DNA of 64,000 bases from an uncultured Victivallales bacterium (lineage in GTDB: Bacteria > Verrucomicrobiota > Lentisphaeria > Oligosphaerales > JABHEG01). The notes beneath the pieces are model-generated. The model saw nothing but the letters and a program-made list of their open reading frames with translations. It was not told the origin of the DNA and did no database searches. Every line of letters begins with the position of its first letter. Positions within the stretch are counted from its first letter, which is position 1. Both the position numbers and the translations under genes were made by a program. The stretch is taken from NCBI GenBank assembly GCA_964607765.1, contig CAZSNT010000012.1, positions 22,194 through 86,193 of the forward strand. Direction: 5' to 3'. Positions 8,408 through 17,561 of the stretch are shown piece by piece.

Positions 8408-11250
8408 CTGGCTTCGAGGTGTTCCTTGATGCTGATCAGTTCCGGTCCGTCCTTGGCGTTACGGATGGTCTCGATCACCTCTTTCATGTGAGGAATCTGG
8501 CGCTTGTAGAAGCCGCCGACCGCGGGTTGGCCTTTGTCGGTGTGAGGATGCTCCTGTTCGAGGAACGCCAGGTACTCCTCCATCTGAGGCAGGTAAGGCT
8601 GTGCCGACGCACCGTATTTCTTGAGCATGTCGGCGATCCGGGGGATGCGGCCGCCGCTGCCGTGCGGCTTCTGGTGCTTCATATACTCCAGAATCAGGGG
8701 AATGCCCTCGACGATGTTCCCGTCAACCAGCTGTTTGGCCACTGACTCGCGAATGCCCGACGCGAACATGATCTCTGTCGGCGCGACTTTCCGCAGCGCG
8801 GGAATCGCCGCCGGCCACATCGCTTTCCTTTCCTCGTCCGTCAGTTTGTTCAGTACTGCGGAAGCGACGTAACTGCGCGTTGCGCCGCCTTTGCACTCCA
8901 GCAGCCGCCTCGACGCTGCGAAGAGCAGCTCGCGGTCCACACCGTCAATCGAGGCGTGCAGCAGCCCGCCTCGGGCGAACAGGGCCCTGCTGCCGAAACG
9001 TCGAACCAAGTCACGCGGATCGCTCTCGATCTCACCAGCCATCATCTCGAGCATCGGTGTCACCGCGCGCCTGTCACCGATCGCGCCCAGCGCCATGGCG
9101 GCATGAATCCGCAGCAGCGGGTCTTCCGCTTCCAGCTTGTCCAGCAGCGCATCGAGCGCGGGCGCCGCGGCGGCGCCCATCTTCCGAAGCCCTGTGCATG
9201 CGCCGTAGCGGGCGAACCGGCTGTCGTTTTCGAGCATCGCCAACAGGGCCGGCACATGATCGCCCCTTTTCTTGGCCAGTGATCCGGAGGCGAAGTTGCG
9301 CACGACCGGCGACCAGTGCCCCAACAACTCGAGAAGCTCGGACACGCGGCGGCCGTCGTACGTCTGCCCGAACGTCTGATCGTCTCTCGGCGGACGCTGC
9401 CCCGCTGCAATCAGCATGGTGACGTCCTGCTCGGAGAAGTCGAGTGTGCCGATGTTCTTGCCGGTGACGACCAGGCGCTGTTGCGGCAGGGCGTACATGA
9501 GGATGCGGCAGACGGTCGTATCCCAGTGGCCGTACTGGTGTTCACTGCCGCCTTTCTGCTGGCCGGTCTTCTCGTCGATGCCGTAGCCGAAGCCCATCTT
9601 GCCTTGGTAGGTGAAACCGCCATCCCAGCGGCGTTCGAGATCGTGGTACCAGGTCAGTTCGTGCAGGAACGCGCTGCAGCCCGGCTGCCCGGCACGAGCC
9701 GCGCCGAGCGGGCCCCAGAGCGTACTGAACCAGTTGCCGGTATGGCCGCGTTCGCGAACGGCGTGTGAGGCGATGGTCATGCGTGTGTAGAAGTCGGCGG
9801 CTTTTTCTTCCCCGGACAACGCGAAGATCACGGCGCCTTGAGACGCTTTGCCGTTGTCATCGTGCCCACCGGGATCGATGCCGATGTGGTCGCCGTACGG
9901 AATGGGCTGGATATCGACGAACTGGTTGAGGAATGCAGAACCCTCACGAACCGCTCGTTCGATCTCCGGACTGGTAACGCCGCATTGCTGAGCGAGCACG
10001 AGCGACATCAGGCACACGTTACCGGCCTGGTTCAGCGCGCCGTAGCCGTGACAGGGGCCGTGGTTGGACCAGGCCATGCTGTGCCCCCACGATCCTGCGC
10101 CGGACTGGCCGACCGCCAGACGCTCGCTGAATTTGCGGATCGCGGGGAGCGCGCGCTTGTCGCCGGTCAGCAGATAGTACTCGGTCACGATCAGGTTCCC
10201 GTAGCCCCAGCCCCAGGCGGGGTAACCCCACTTCGGCGGGTATTCGCCGCTCTTCTCGACAAGTGCGAGCAGTTTGTCGACGTGGATCTTCGCATGAGCC
10301 ATGTGTTCCTCGTCGCCGGTGGACATCAGCGCCAATGCCCCGATCATCGACTCGCCGTGCATGACCCCTTTGCGTTCGAGGATCTTGTTGCGAATGACGT
10401 AGTCGAGGGCCTGTTCGAGGATGCGCCGGCTTTTCTCGCAGTTCCACGGCGTGGTGTTGCTGTAGCTGCCCATGACGGGGATGTGGATCGTCACGGTTTC
10501 AGCCTTGTCGGCGCGCCACCGCAACAGCTTCAGTTTGCCGTTACCTTGCTGCGTCTCGGCCTGCGTGATGGCCTGGCCGAATGTCTTGCGGGCGTCGGTG
10601 CGGAACTTCCTGCCGCCGATGCCGAGGATGACGTCGCCCTCCTGCAGAATACCGTCGGCCGGTGAGCCCTTTTCGACATCCGTGACGTAGATCTGTCGCG
10701 CAGCAAACGATTCCTTGAACCGATCCTGCATCCAGCCACGCGCTCCGGTCGGGCCGAGGTTCCAGTCCGTTTCACGACCGGGCTTGTCGCCCTTCGTGAA
10801 GTCGAGGGGGTTGTAGCTCAGGTCGAGCGTGACACGTCTCTCCTTGTCCCAGCCTTCGCGCCAGAGGATGATCTGGAAGCGGCCCTGCGACGACTGTGCG
10901 GGCTTGGAGGCGTCCCGGAATTGGTAGATCGGCTGGTCGGTGAAGTACTTGCCGTTGACGCCGAGGATCACATCGCCGACTTTCAGTTCATCACGAACCG
11001 GCGAGGTGGCCGGGACCAGTGTGACCAGGATCTGCCGTGCCTTCACGCAACTGCCCGTCTCGTCGCGCCAGGCCCAGCCCCGAGACCCACCGCAGTGCAG
11101 ATACCAGTCCTTGCCTTGACGCTCGACCGCCTGTTCGGTCAGATCCGGAACGCCTTCGGGCAGTGGCGGCCGAATGCCGGTACGTGGGATAACCACACAG
11201 CCCGCGGTTGCTATGATGACCAGAGCGGGGACAGACCAATACTTCGCCAT
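8404..11250 (-). CDS. Large exported protein: PDZ-like repeats + alpha/alpha-toroid (prenyltransferase/terpene-cyclase-like) core + C-terminal HEAT repeats
   Basis: 948-aa ORF. N-terminus MAKYWSVPALVIIATAGC (signal, possible lipobox). Two PDZ-like segments (VGDVILGVNG, EGDVILGIGG). Central W/G-rich toroid-like region (YPAWGWGYGNL, GSWGHSMAW). HEAT-like repeats (LLRIHAAMALGAIGDRRAV). It resembles PVC DUF6288-type proteins, from recollection only. Confidence 0.6.
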   Translation of the reverse strand: MAKYWSVPALVIIATAGCVVIPRTGIRPPLPEGVPDLTEQAVERQGKDWYLHCGGSRGWAWRDETGSCVKARQILVTLVPATSPVRDELKVGDVILGVNGKYFTDQPIYQFRDASKPAQSSQGRFQIILWREGWDKERRVTLDLSYNPLDFTKGDKPGRETDWNLGPTGARGWMQDRFKESFAARQIYVTDVEKGSPADGILQEGDVILGIGGRKFRTDARKTFGQAITQAETQQGNGKLKLLRWRADKAETVTIHIPVMGSYSNTTPWNCEKSRRILEQALDYVIRNKILERKGVMHGESMIGALALMSTGDEEHMAHAKIHVDKLLALVEKSGEYPPKWGYPAWGWGYGNLIVTEYYLLTGDKRALPAIRKFSERLAVGQSGAGSWGHSMAWSNHGPCHGYGALNQAGNVCLMSLVLAQQCGVTSPEIERAVREGSAFLNQFVDIQPIPYGDHIGIDPGGHDDNGKASQGAVIFALSGEEKAADFYTRMTIASHAVRERGHTGNWFSTLWGPLGAARAGQPGCSAFLHELTWYHDLERRWDGGFTYQGKMGFGYGIDEKTGQQKGGSEHQYGHWDTTVCRILMYALPQQRLVVTGKNIGTLDFSEQDVTMLIAAGQRPPRDDQTFGQTYDGRRVSELLELLGHWSPVVRNFASGSLAKKRGDHVPALLAMLENDSRFARYGACTGLRKMGAAAAPALDALLDKLEAEDPLLRIHAAMALGAIGDRRAVTPMLEMMAGEIESDPRDLVRRFGSRALFARGGLLHASIDGVDRELLFAASRRLLECKGGATRSYVASAVLNKLTDEERKAMWPAAIPALRKVAPTEIMFASGIRESVAKQLVDGNIVEGIPLILEYMKHQKPHGSGGRIPRIADMLKKYGASAQPYLPQMEEYLAFLEQEHPHTDKGQPAVGGFYKRQIPHMKEVIETIRNAKDGPELISIKEHLEAR

Positions 11251-11404
11251 AGAAACGTCCTTTCCACGTTTGCCGGAATACGGGTGAGCACGACAACCAG
11301 GTATTTTACACGGCCATGGCGCCGAGTGACAGGTACCGCACCAATTGGTCGTAATCCCTCAGAATGACGTGAGGCACACGCCTTTAGGTGCTGTCCCAGT
11401 AACA

Positions 11405-11553
11405 TAGCCCGGGTCTCCTGACCCGGGAATCCTGCCCTACGGCGTATCGTGTCTGCGGACATCAGATCGGGTCGCCCCGGTGTCGTAAGGCGTTCTCGCC
11501 CATGCCCCCGAGGCATCGCCAGCCAAGACACCCGGGTCAGGAGACCCGGGCTA
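11405..11553. repeat. 23-bp perfect inverted repeat pair, each arm itself a CCCGGG-N8-CCCGGG hairpin
   Basis: TAGCCCGGGTCTCCTGACCCGGG at 11405-11427 and its exact reverse complement at 11531-11553, 103 nt apart, in the divergent intergenic region between 11250 and 11677. Confidence 0.6.
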
Positions 11554-11639
11554 CGGTGGGCGCGCATAAGGGAAGGCGGGAAGCGCGACATGACGGTCAA
11601 AGAGGAACGGCCCTGCCACTTGGTCCTGCGCCGGCACGG

Positions 11640-11667
11640 TTGAGGAGCGCCGCTGCATGACTATATT
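11640..11667 (+). promoter_or_regulatory. Candidate sigma70-like promoter giving a leaderless or near-leaderless M48 transcript
   Basis: TTGAGG (11640-11645), a 16-nt spacer, then TATATT (11662-11667). The ATG at 11677 is only 9 nt after the -10 element, and no Shine-Dalgarno is visible in CCTGTCACC. Confidence 0.3.
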
Positions 11668-11676
11668 CCTGTCACC

Positions 11677-12840
11677 ATGGCAGGTACCTATCACGGCTGG
11701 GCATTCCACGAGTCGTTCGATGGCGGCAAGGCGCAAGGCGCCCTCACCGTCGGGCGGACGGGTGTGCGGTTCGATTGGGGCAGCGGCACGGTCGAGTTGC
11801 CGTTGCGCGGACTGCGTATCGCTCTGGGCGGCGCCGCGAACCGGCTGGTGTTCTTCCGTCATCCGTCCCTGCCGGACTGGTCGCTCTACACGTCGGATCG
11901 CACAGTCCTGAAACACCGCGAACTTACAACCAGTGCGCCGCTTCAGAGACAGCTCGCAGTCATCGGCAGCACCAGGCGCCTGGCCATCCTGATTCCAGCG
12001 TTGCTGCTGGCGATTGTCGCAGGCCTGTTGCTGCTGATCTACTCGCTGCGCGGGGTGTTCGCGCGCACAGTGGCCGACCGCATCCCGGTTGAATGGGAAC
12101 GGAAGTTGGGCGACACAGTGTACGCCCAATACGCGGCCGAGCACGAGTTCATTGAGGATGAGGAGATTGCCCGGGCCCTGGCCGCGATCACGGACCGGCT
12201 GCGCGAGGGCGTGCACGACGCCCGGTTCGAGTTCGACATCCACGTGTCCCGCGACTCGAACGTCAACGCGTTTGCTCTGCCGGGCGGGCATGTGGTGATG
12301 AACACCGGCTTGCTCCTGCGTGCGGACTCCGCAGAAGAGGTGGCCGGCGTCCTCGCGCACGAGATGGCGCACGTCACGCAGCGCCACGGCCTCCGCCAAC
12401 TGATCGGAGCCGCGGGGCTCTACTTGGTGGTCGAAGCGGTTTTGGGCGATGTTTCCGGCATCCTCGCGGTCATTGCACAGCAAGGACCGATTCTCGTGGC
12501 TTTGAGGTACTCGCGCGACCACGAACGCGAGGCCGACCGGATGGCCTTCGGTTATCTGACGGGCGCGGAGATCGACCCCCTCGGCCTGGCCCGCTTCTTC
12601 GACCGAATCCACAAGCAGACCGACAAGGACGGTGCCCCGGGCCGTGCCCCTGACGGCGTGCGCAAGACGCTCACGTTCCTGAGTACGCACCCGGACGCCG
12701 GGGAGCGGACCGAAGCCCTGCGGACGTTGACCGTCGAAGCCGGCGCGCGCGAATGGCGCCCTATCGAGTTGCCATACGAGCATTTCAAGGATACTGTTCG
12801 CCAAGCGATCCGGGGAACCGAGGGATCTATGGATCCCTGA
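11677..12840 (+). CDS. M48-family zinc metalloprotease with an extra N-terminal domain and one TM helix
   Basis: 387-aa ORF. HEMAH zinc motif (VLAHEMAHVTQRHG), downstream EREADRMAF and LSTHPDAGER blocks. TM segment LAILIPALLLAIVAGLLLLIY. The roughly 100 aa N-terminal region is not part of the M48 fold. Confidence 0.85.
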   Translation: MAGTYHGWAFHESFDGGKAQGALTVGRTGVRFDWGSGTVELPLRGLRIALGGAANRLVFFRHPSLPDWSLYTSDRTVLKHRELTTSAPLQRQLAVIGSTRRLAILIPALLLAIVAGLLLLIYSLRGVFARTVADRIPVEWERKLGDTVYAQYAAEHEFIEDEEIARALAAITDRLREGVHDARFEFDIHVSRDSNVNAFALPGGHVVMNTGLLLRADSAEEVAGVLAHEMAHVTQRHGLRQLIGAAGLYLVVEAVLGDVSGILAVIAQQGPILVALRYSRDHEREADRMAFGYLTGAEIDPLGLARFFDRIHKQTDKDGAPGRAPDGVRKTLTFLSTHPDAGERTEALRTLTVEAGAREWRPIELPYEHFKDTVRQAIRGTEGSMDP

Positions 12841-12879
12841 GCCCACGTCCCGGCCCCGGGAACAGAGACGAGGTGAAGG

Positions 12880-13542
12880 ATGAATACCGAGATTGTCGGC
12901 GGGCCCGCCTTTGCTCACATCCACGTTGACCTGGAACCTGGCGAGAGCATCATCGCCGAGTCTGACGCCATGGCGAGCATGGCCGCGGACCTGGACATGC
13001 AAGCCAAGTTCAACGGTGGTTTTGTCAAGGCGATTTTCAAGAAGTTCCTCGGCGGCGAATCGCTGTTTGTGAACGTGTTCACTAACAACACGGACGGCGT
13101 ACGGCGTGTGACACTTGTGCAGGCCACGCCCGGCGATATCGGCTCGCTGGAACTGGACGGCACGGATTACTGCTTCCAGCCCGGTGCATACATCGCTTCG
13201 ACGTCAGGCGTGAAGCTGGGCGTGCAATGGGCCGGGTTCCGGTCGCTGATCGCACGCGAAGGGCTGTTCCGGCTGAGGGTGAGCGGCACGGGCACGGTGT
13301 TCTTCGGCGCCTTCGGTGCGTTGAAGCAGAAGGAGGTGCAGGGCGAGTACATCGTCGACACGAGCCATCTCGTGGCGTACGACCCGAGCATTCGCCTGCG
13401 TATCCAGCTTGCGGGCGGGATATTCTCCAGTCTGTTCGGCGGCGAGGGACTCGTGACCCGCTTGGAGGGGAACGGGGACGTTGTCATACAAACCCGCAGC
13501 CTGAGCGGCCTGGCGGGATGGTTGAACCCGAAACTCAGGTGA
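12880..13542 (+). CDS. AIM24/TIGR00266 (DUF124) family protein, paralog 1
   Basis: 220-aa ORF with GAGGTGAAGG directly before the ATG. Family-typical blocks GGESLF, YIVDTSHLVAY and GGEGLV. The size matches TIGR00266 proteins. Confidence 0.8.
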   Translation: MNTEIVGGPAFAHIHVDLEPGESIIAESDAMASMAADLDMQAKFNGGFVKAIFKKFLGGESLFVNVFTNNTDGVRRVTLVQATPGDIGSLELDGTDYCFQPGAYIASTSGVKLGVQWAGFRSLIAREGLFRLRVSGTGTVFFGAFGALKQKEVQGEYIVDTSHLVAYDPSIRLRIQLAGGIFSSLFGGEGLVTRLEGNGDVVIQTRSLSGLAGWLNPKLR

Positions 13543-13546
13543 TGCC

Positions 13547-14227
13547 ATGAACGTAGAGATTGTTTGCGGACCCGGCAACGCGGCAGCCCAAGTCATGCTC
13601 GGGCCTGGCGAAGACTGCACGGCAGAAGGCGGCGCCATGATCGCCATGAGCGCTGACATGGATGTGCAGACGACCACGCACAAGAAGGGCGGCGGCGGGG
13701 TGTTGCGTGCAGCCAAGCGCATGCTGGCCGGCGAATCGTTCTTCCTGAACCACTACACGGCCGGCAGTGCGGGCGGACACCTGTGGCTCGCAGCCACGCT
13801 GGCCGGTGACATGACAGCCATCGATCTGGGGCAGGAAAGCCTCATCGTCCAGTCCGGGTCCTTCGTGGCCTGCGAGCCGGGCGTGGACATCGACATGGGG
13901 TGGCAGGGCTTCAAGTCGTTCCTTTCCGGCGAAAGCGTGTTCTGGCTCAACATGACGGGCCCTGGCAAGGTCGTGCTGAGTTCTTTCGGGGCAATCTACC
14001 CGGTCGAGGTCGATGGAGAATACATCGTCGACACCGGCCACATCGTGGCGTTCAACGAGACGCTCGACTTCAAGATAAGCAAGGCGGGCAAGAGCTGGGT
14101 GTCGTCCATTCTGGGCGGCGAGGGGTTTGTGTGCAAGTTCCACGGCCAGGGAACGGTCTGGTGTCAGTCGCACAATGCCACTGGCTTCGGGCGTACGCTC
14201 GGCCCCATGTTGCGGCCGAGATCCTGA
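13547..14227 (+). CDS. AIM24/TIGR00266 (DUF124) family protein, paralog 2
   Basis: 226-aa ORF starting 4 nt after paralog 1. Blocks AGESFF, YIVDTGHIVAF and GGEGFV. Confidence 0.8.
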   Translation: MNVEIVCGPGNAAAQVMLGPGEDCTAEGGAMIAMSADMDVQTTTHKKGGGGVLRAAKRMLAGESFFLNHYTAGSAGGHLWLAATLAGDMTAIDLGQESLIVQSGSFVACEPGVDIDMGWQGFKSFLSGESVFWLNMTGPGKVVLSSFGAIYPVEVDGEYIVDTGHIVAFNETLDFKISKAGKSWVSSILGGEGFVCKFHGQGTVWCQSHNATGFGRTLGPMLRPRS

Positions 14228-14249
14228 ACGGGGGAATGGAGATAGAGCC

Positions 14250-14945
14250 ATGATCACCGAACAGCCGAACGAAGCAAGCGGTCTGCAGTACGAGATCGAC
14301 TGCCGGCCCGATTTCAGTTTCCTGACCGTTCAGTTGCCCGCGGACGAGACGCTCAAGGTCGAGGCGTCCGCCATGGCGACGATGGACACCAACATCAACA
14401 TGAAGACCAAGCTCCGTGGCGGCCTGGGCCGGTTGCTGACGGGCGAGTCGATCTTCATCAACGAGTTTACGGCTCAGGGCGGCACGGGCGAAATCGGCAT
14501 CGCTGCGCCCGCGTGCGGCGACTTGGAGCACGTGTACCTCGACGATGACATCATCTACCTGCAGAACTCCGCTTTCGTCGCTTCCGCCATGGACATCAAT
14601 GTCGAGACCAAATGGCAGGGCTTGGTCAAGGGCTTCTTCTCGGGTGAGTCGCTGTTCCTGATCCGCTGTCCCGGCACGGGCGATCTGTGGTTCAATACGT
14701 ACGGCGCCCTGTTCCAGGTGGATGTCTCCGGCGCATACGTTGTGGACACCGGTCACATTGTGGCGTTCACGGACGGGCTGGAGTACGAGATCTCGCGGAT
14801 CGGCGGCTACAAATCGCTGTTCTTCTCCGGTGAGGGCTTCGTCTGTCGCTTCTCGGGCGAGGGCAAAGTCTGGATCCAGACGCGGAAAGTCCCAGCTTTC
14901 GCCTCCTGGGTCCACCCCTACCGCCGCGTCAGGAAAAAAGGCTGA
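14250..14945 (+). CDS. AIM24/TIGR00266 (DUF124) family protein, paralog 3
   Basis: ORF 14127..14945 trimmed to ATG 14250 (MITEQPNE, GGAG-containing sequence upstream). The earlier codons overlap paralog 2. Blocks TGESIF, YVVDTGHIVAF and SGEGFV. Confidence 0.8.
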   Translation: MITEQPNEASGLQYEIDCRPDFSFLTVQLPADETLKVEASAMATMDTNINMKTKLRGGLGRLLTGESIFINEFTAQGGTGEIGIAAPACGDLEHVYLDDDIIYLQNSAFVASAMDINVETKWQGLVKGFFSGESLFLIRCPGTGDLWFNTYGALFQVDVSGAYVVDTGHIVAFTDGLEYEISRIGGYKSLFFSGEGFVCRFSGEGKVWIQTRKVPAFASWVHPYRRVRKKG

Positions 14946-15106
14946 CGCGGGCGGAGGCAGGCCACAGTCGATCTGTGTCACCGGCGGCTGAACAGGGGGC
15001 TGCAGGTGTCACGAGTCGACTGTTCCGCAGAAGCGCAGTGCCCCATCAAGAGCAACACCGTTGCGCTCAAGCCAAGCCATCTTGCCGTCATTGCGGTCTC
15101 CAGAGC

Positions 15107-17479
15107 CTATCCCATGATTGCCACGACACCCACGGTCTGCCCTGATTCGGCCAGCGGCAGCGGGTGGGTGGGATCGACCGCTTTGCCGTCCACCTCAAGC
15201 TGAGCCAGACCCTTTTGAGCGCCGTCTGGGTTTTTCACAGTGATGTCGTAGACCGCGCCGCGGAACTGGCGCCGCACCCGGAACCCGTCCCACTCGGCCG
15301 GAATACACGGGTCGATCCGCAGTCCGTCCCAATCCGGGCGAATGCCGAGGATGTGGTGGGTCATGGTGTGGTACGTCCAGCTCACTGTTCCGCTGAGCCA
15401 GGGAAGGCGCGAGGCGCCGAACCGGCGTGAGTGCTTCCCGTGCGTTGACTGCGCGTGCACGTACGGCTCGATCTGGCGGATCTCGGCGCGGTCGTTGTAA
15501 GCCGCGGGCAGGAAGGCGCGCAGGTACTCGTAGGCGCGCTCGGAGCGGCCCAGCTTGGTTTCGGCAATGACCGCCCAGCTCTGCGGGTGACAGAAGATGC
15601 CGGCGTTCTCCTTCATGGAGGGATTGTAAAGGGCCGCGCGCACGGTGTCCACCGGCGTTTTGCGGTAGGGCGGGTCGCAGAGAGCGATGCCGTAGGGGGT
15701 CGCCAGGCGTTCGTGCACGGCGTCCATGGCCGAATGGGCCTGCTCGGGGCTGGCCGCGCCGCTGAGCACGGCCCAGGATTGCGAGTTAAGCCAAATCTCA
15801 CCTTCTTCGTTGCGACAGCTGCCGATCACTTCGCCGTCTTCAGAGAAGGCGCGGACAAACCAGGCGCCGTCCCAGGCATGTTCGTCGATATCCTGATCGA
15901 GTTGGCGCAGGTGTTCGCCGGCCCAGGCGGCCTCGTCCTCTTGGCCGCGGAGTTCGCAGATTTCCACGTAGGTGGTAAAGGCGAAGCGGAGTTGGAAAGC
16001 GAGGAAGAGGCTTTCGCCCCGCGGCCCGAGGTTGAGGGTGTCATTCCAGTCGGCAAGCAAGCCGCAGGGCAGCCCATGCGCACCGCAATGATCCAAGTTG
16101 AACTGGAGTGCCTGTTTCAGGTGTCCGAGGACGGTGGCTTCGCCCTGGTCCGCGTAGGGCAGGACTCTGTCAAGGAACGCGAGGTCACCGGTCTCCTTGA
16201 CGTAGGCCGGGACGGTATTGAAAAGCCACAGACAGTCGTCGCCACGATGCTCTTCGACGGGGATGAGTTCTTCGTGGCCGGGCCGATGCTCGAAGGGTTT
16301 GACGACGGGCATGGCGCCGCCGTGCGAGTACTGACCGGTGAGCATGAGTTCAAGCCGGCTGTGGGCCTCTTCCGGGATCATGGGCAGGACACCGAGCAGG
16401 TCCTGCACGGTGTCGCGGTAGCCGAGGCCGTCGCGGGCGCCGGCATACACAAGGCTGGCGGCACGCGACCAGGCAAACGTGATGAGACTGTTGTAGGCGT
16501 TCCAGACGTTGACCATATGGTCGAGATCGGCATCGGGAGTCTCTGCAACGACAGCACCCAGGCGGGCATGCCAGTGGGATTTGAGCACATCCAGGGCATC
16601 GCGCGCAGCCGCCACTGTCGGGAGTTCAGCGAGAGCGGCCTGGCCCGCGGCGTCCGCAGCGCCGACGCCGAAGAGCACCATGAGCTCGCGCGATTCCCCG
16701 GGCGGCAGGAGCAAGTCGCTCTGGAGGGCGCCGCAGCCGTTGTCGCCGTGAGCGAGGCTACCGGTACAGGTCCCGGTCTCGACAGCGAGAGGGTTGCTGT
16801 AGGCACGGTAAGGGCCGATGAACGCGTCGAGGTCCGAGTCGAAGCCTGTCACGTCGGCACCGACCAGGCCGAAGAAGCGGTAGTAGGCGTCGGGCAGGTG
16901 TGTGTTGATACCGTGGTTGAGGAGGCGTCCGTCAAAGCTGCAGTCGACGAGATATTGGGAGTACTGGAGGTTGCGGGTATCCTGATCGACGATGGGGTGG
17001 TTGCTGATCTCGAGGAAGCTGAAGACGCTCAGCTTGCGCGGGCGGTCGCTGTGGTTGGTGACCTTCAGGATCCAGCATTCGTAGTGGCGTTCGAGAGGGA
17101 CGAAGTAGGTGGTTTCGGACTCGATCTCGGCATACCGAGATGTGACCGTGGTGTAGGCCGTACCATGACGGCACTCGCTGCGGTAATCGTCCAGCGACTT
17201 GGCGACGGGCTGCCAGGTGGTGGACCAGTAGTCACCGGTGTCGCGATCCCGCAGATAGATGTAGCGTCCCGGCTGATCCATGGGGGTGTGGTTGAAGTGC
17301 AGGCGGGTGAGACGACCCCGGGCGCTGGACTGGTAGAACGAGTAACCGCCGCCGTTGTTGGTAACGATGGCACCGTAAGTGGTGTCGCCCAGGTAGTTTG
17401 ACCACGGGCGCGGGGTATCCGGCCGAGTGATCACGTATTCGCGGGCGTCGTCGTCAAAGTAGCCGTACTGCATGGTCAT
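15107..17479 (-). CDS. GH94 glycoside phosphorylase (cellobiose/chitobiose-phosphorylase family), copy a
   Basis: ORF 15107..17515. The N-terminus (MT)MQYGYFDDDAREYVITRPDTPRPWSNYLG is characteristic of GH94 phosphorylases. About 790 aa, no signal peptide. The start is ATG 17479 or 17473. Confidence 0.8.
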   Translation of the reverse strand: MTMQYGYFDDDAREYVITRPDTPRPWSNYLGDTTYGAIVTNNGGGYSFYQSSARGRLTRLHFNHTPMDQPGRYIYLRDRDTGDYWSTTWQPVAKSLDDYRSECRHGTAYTTVTSRYAEIESETTYFVPLERHYECWILKVTNHSDRPRKLSVFSFLEISNHPIVDQDTRNLQYSQYLVDCSFDGRLLNHGINTHLPDAYYRFFGLVGADVTGFDSDLDAFIGPYRAYSNPLAVETGTCTGSLAHGDNGCGALQSDLLLPPGESRELMVLFGVGAADAAGQAALAELPTVAAARDALDVLKSHWHARLGAVVAETPDADLDHMVNVWNAYNSLITFAWSRAASLVYAGARDGLGYRDTVQDLLGVLPMIPEEAHSRLELMLTGQYSHGGAMPVVKPFEHRPGHEELIPVEEHRGDDCLWLFNTVPAYVKETGDLAFLDRVLPYADQGEATVLGHLKQALQFNLDHCGAHGLPCGLLADWNDTLNLGPRGESLFLAFQLRFAFTTYVEICELRGQEDEAAWAGEHLRQLDQDIDEHAWDGAWFVRAFSEDGEVIGSCRNEEGEIWLNSQSWAVLSGAASPEQAHSAMDAVHERLATPYGIALCDPPYRKTPVDTVRAALYNPSMKENAGIFCHPQSWAVIAETKLGRSERAYEYLRAFLPAAYNDRAEIRQIEPYVHAQSTHGKHSRRFGASRLPWLSGTVSWTYHTMTHHILGIRPDWDGLRIDPCIPAEWDGFRVRRQFRGAVYDITVKNPDGAQKGLAQLEVDGKAVDPTHPLPLAESGQTVGVVAIMG

Positions 17480-17561
17480 GTCCTTTCCAAGATGGCGGCT
17501 TTGAGTGCCGCACATGGTCGTTTCCGGTGTTAGATGTATGGGCTCCGCTGAGCACCTGTGC

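Noticed and set aside
11449-11643. 64-aa plus-strand ORF and 129-aa minus-strand ORF (11211..11600) in the divergent intergenic region
   Set aside because: Both are Arg-rich without motifs and span the inverted-repeat element. They are more likely non-coding promoter or element sequence.
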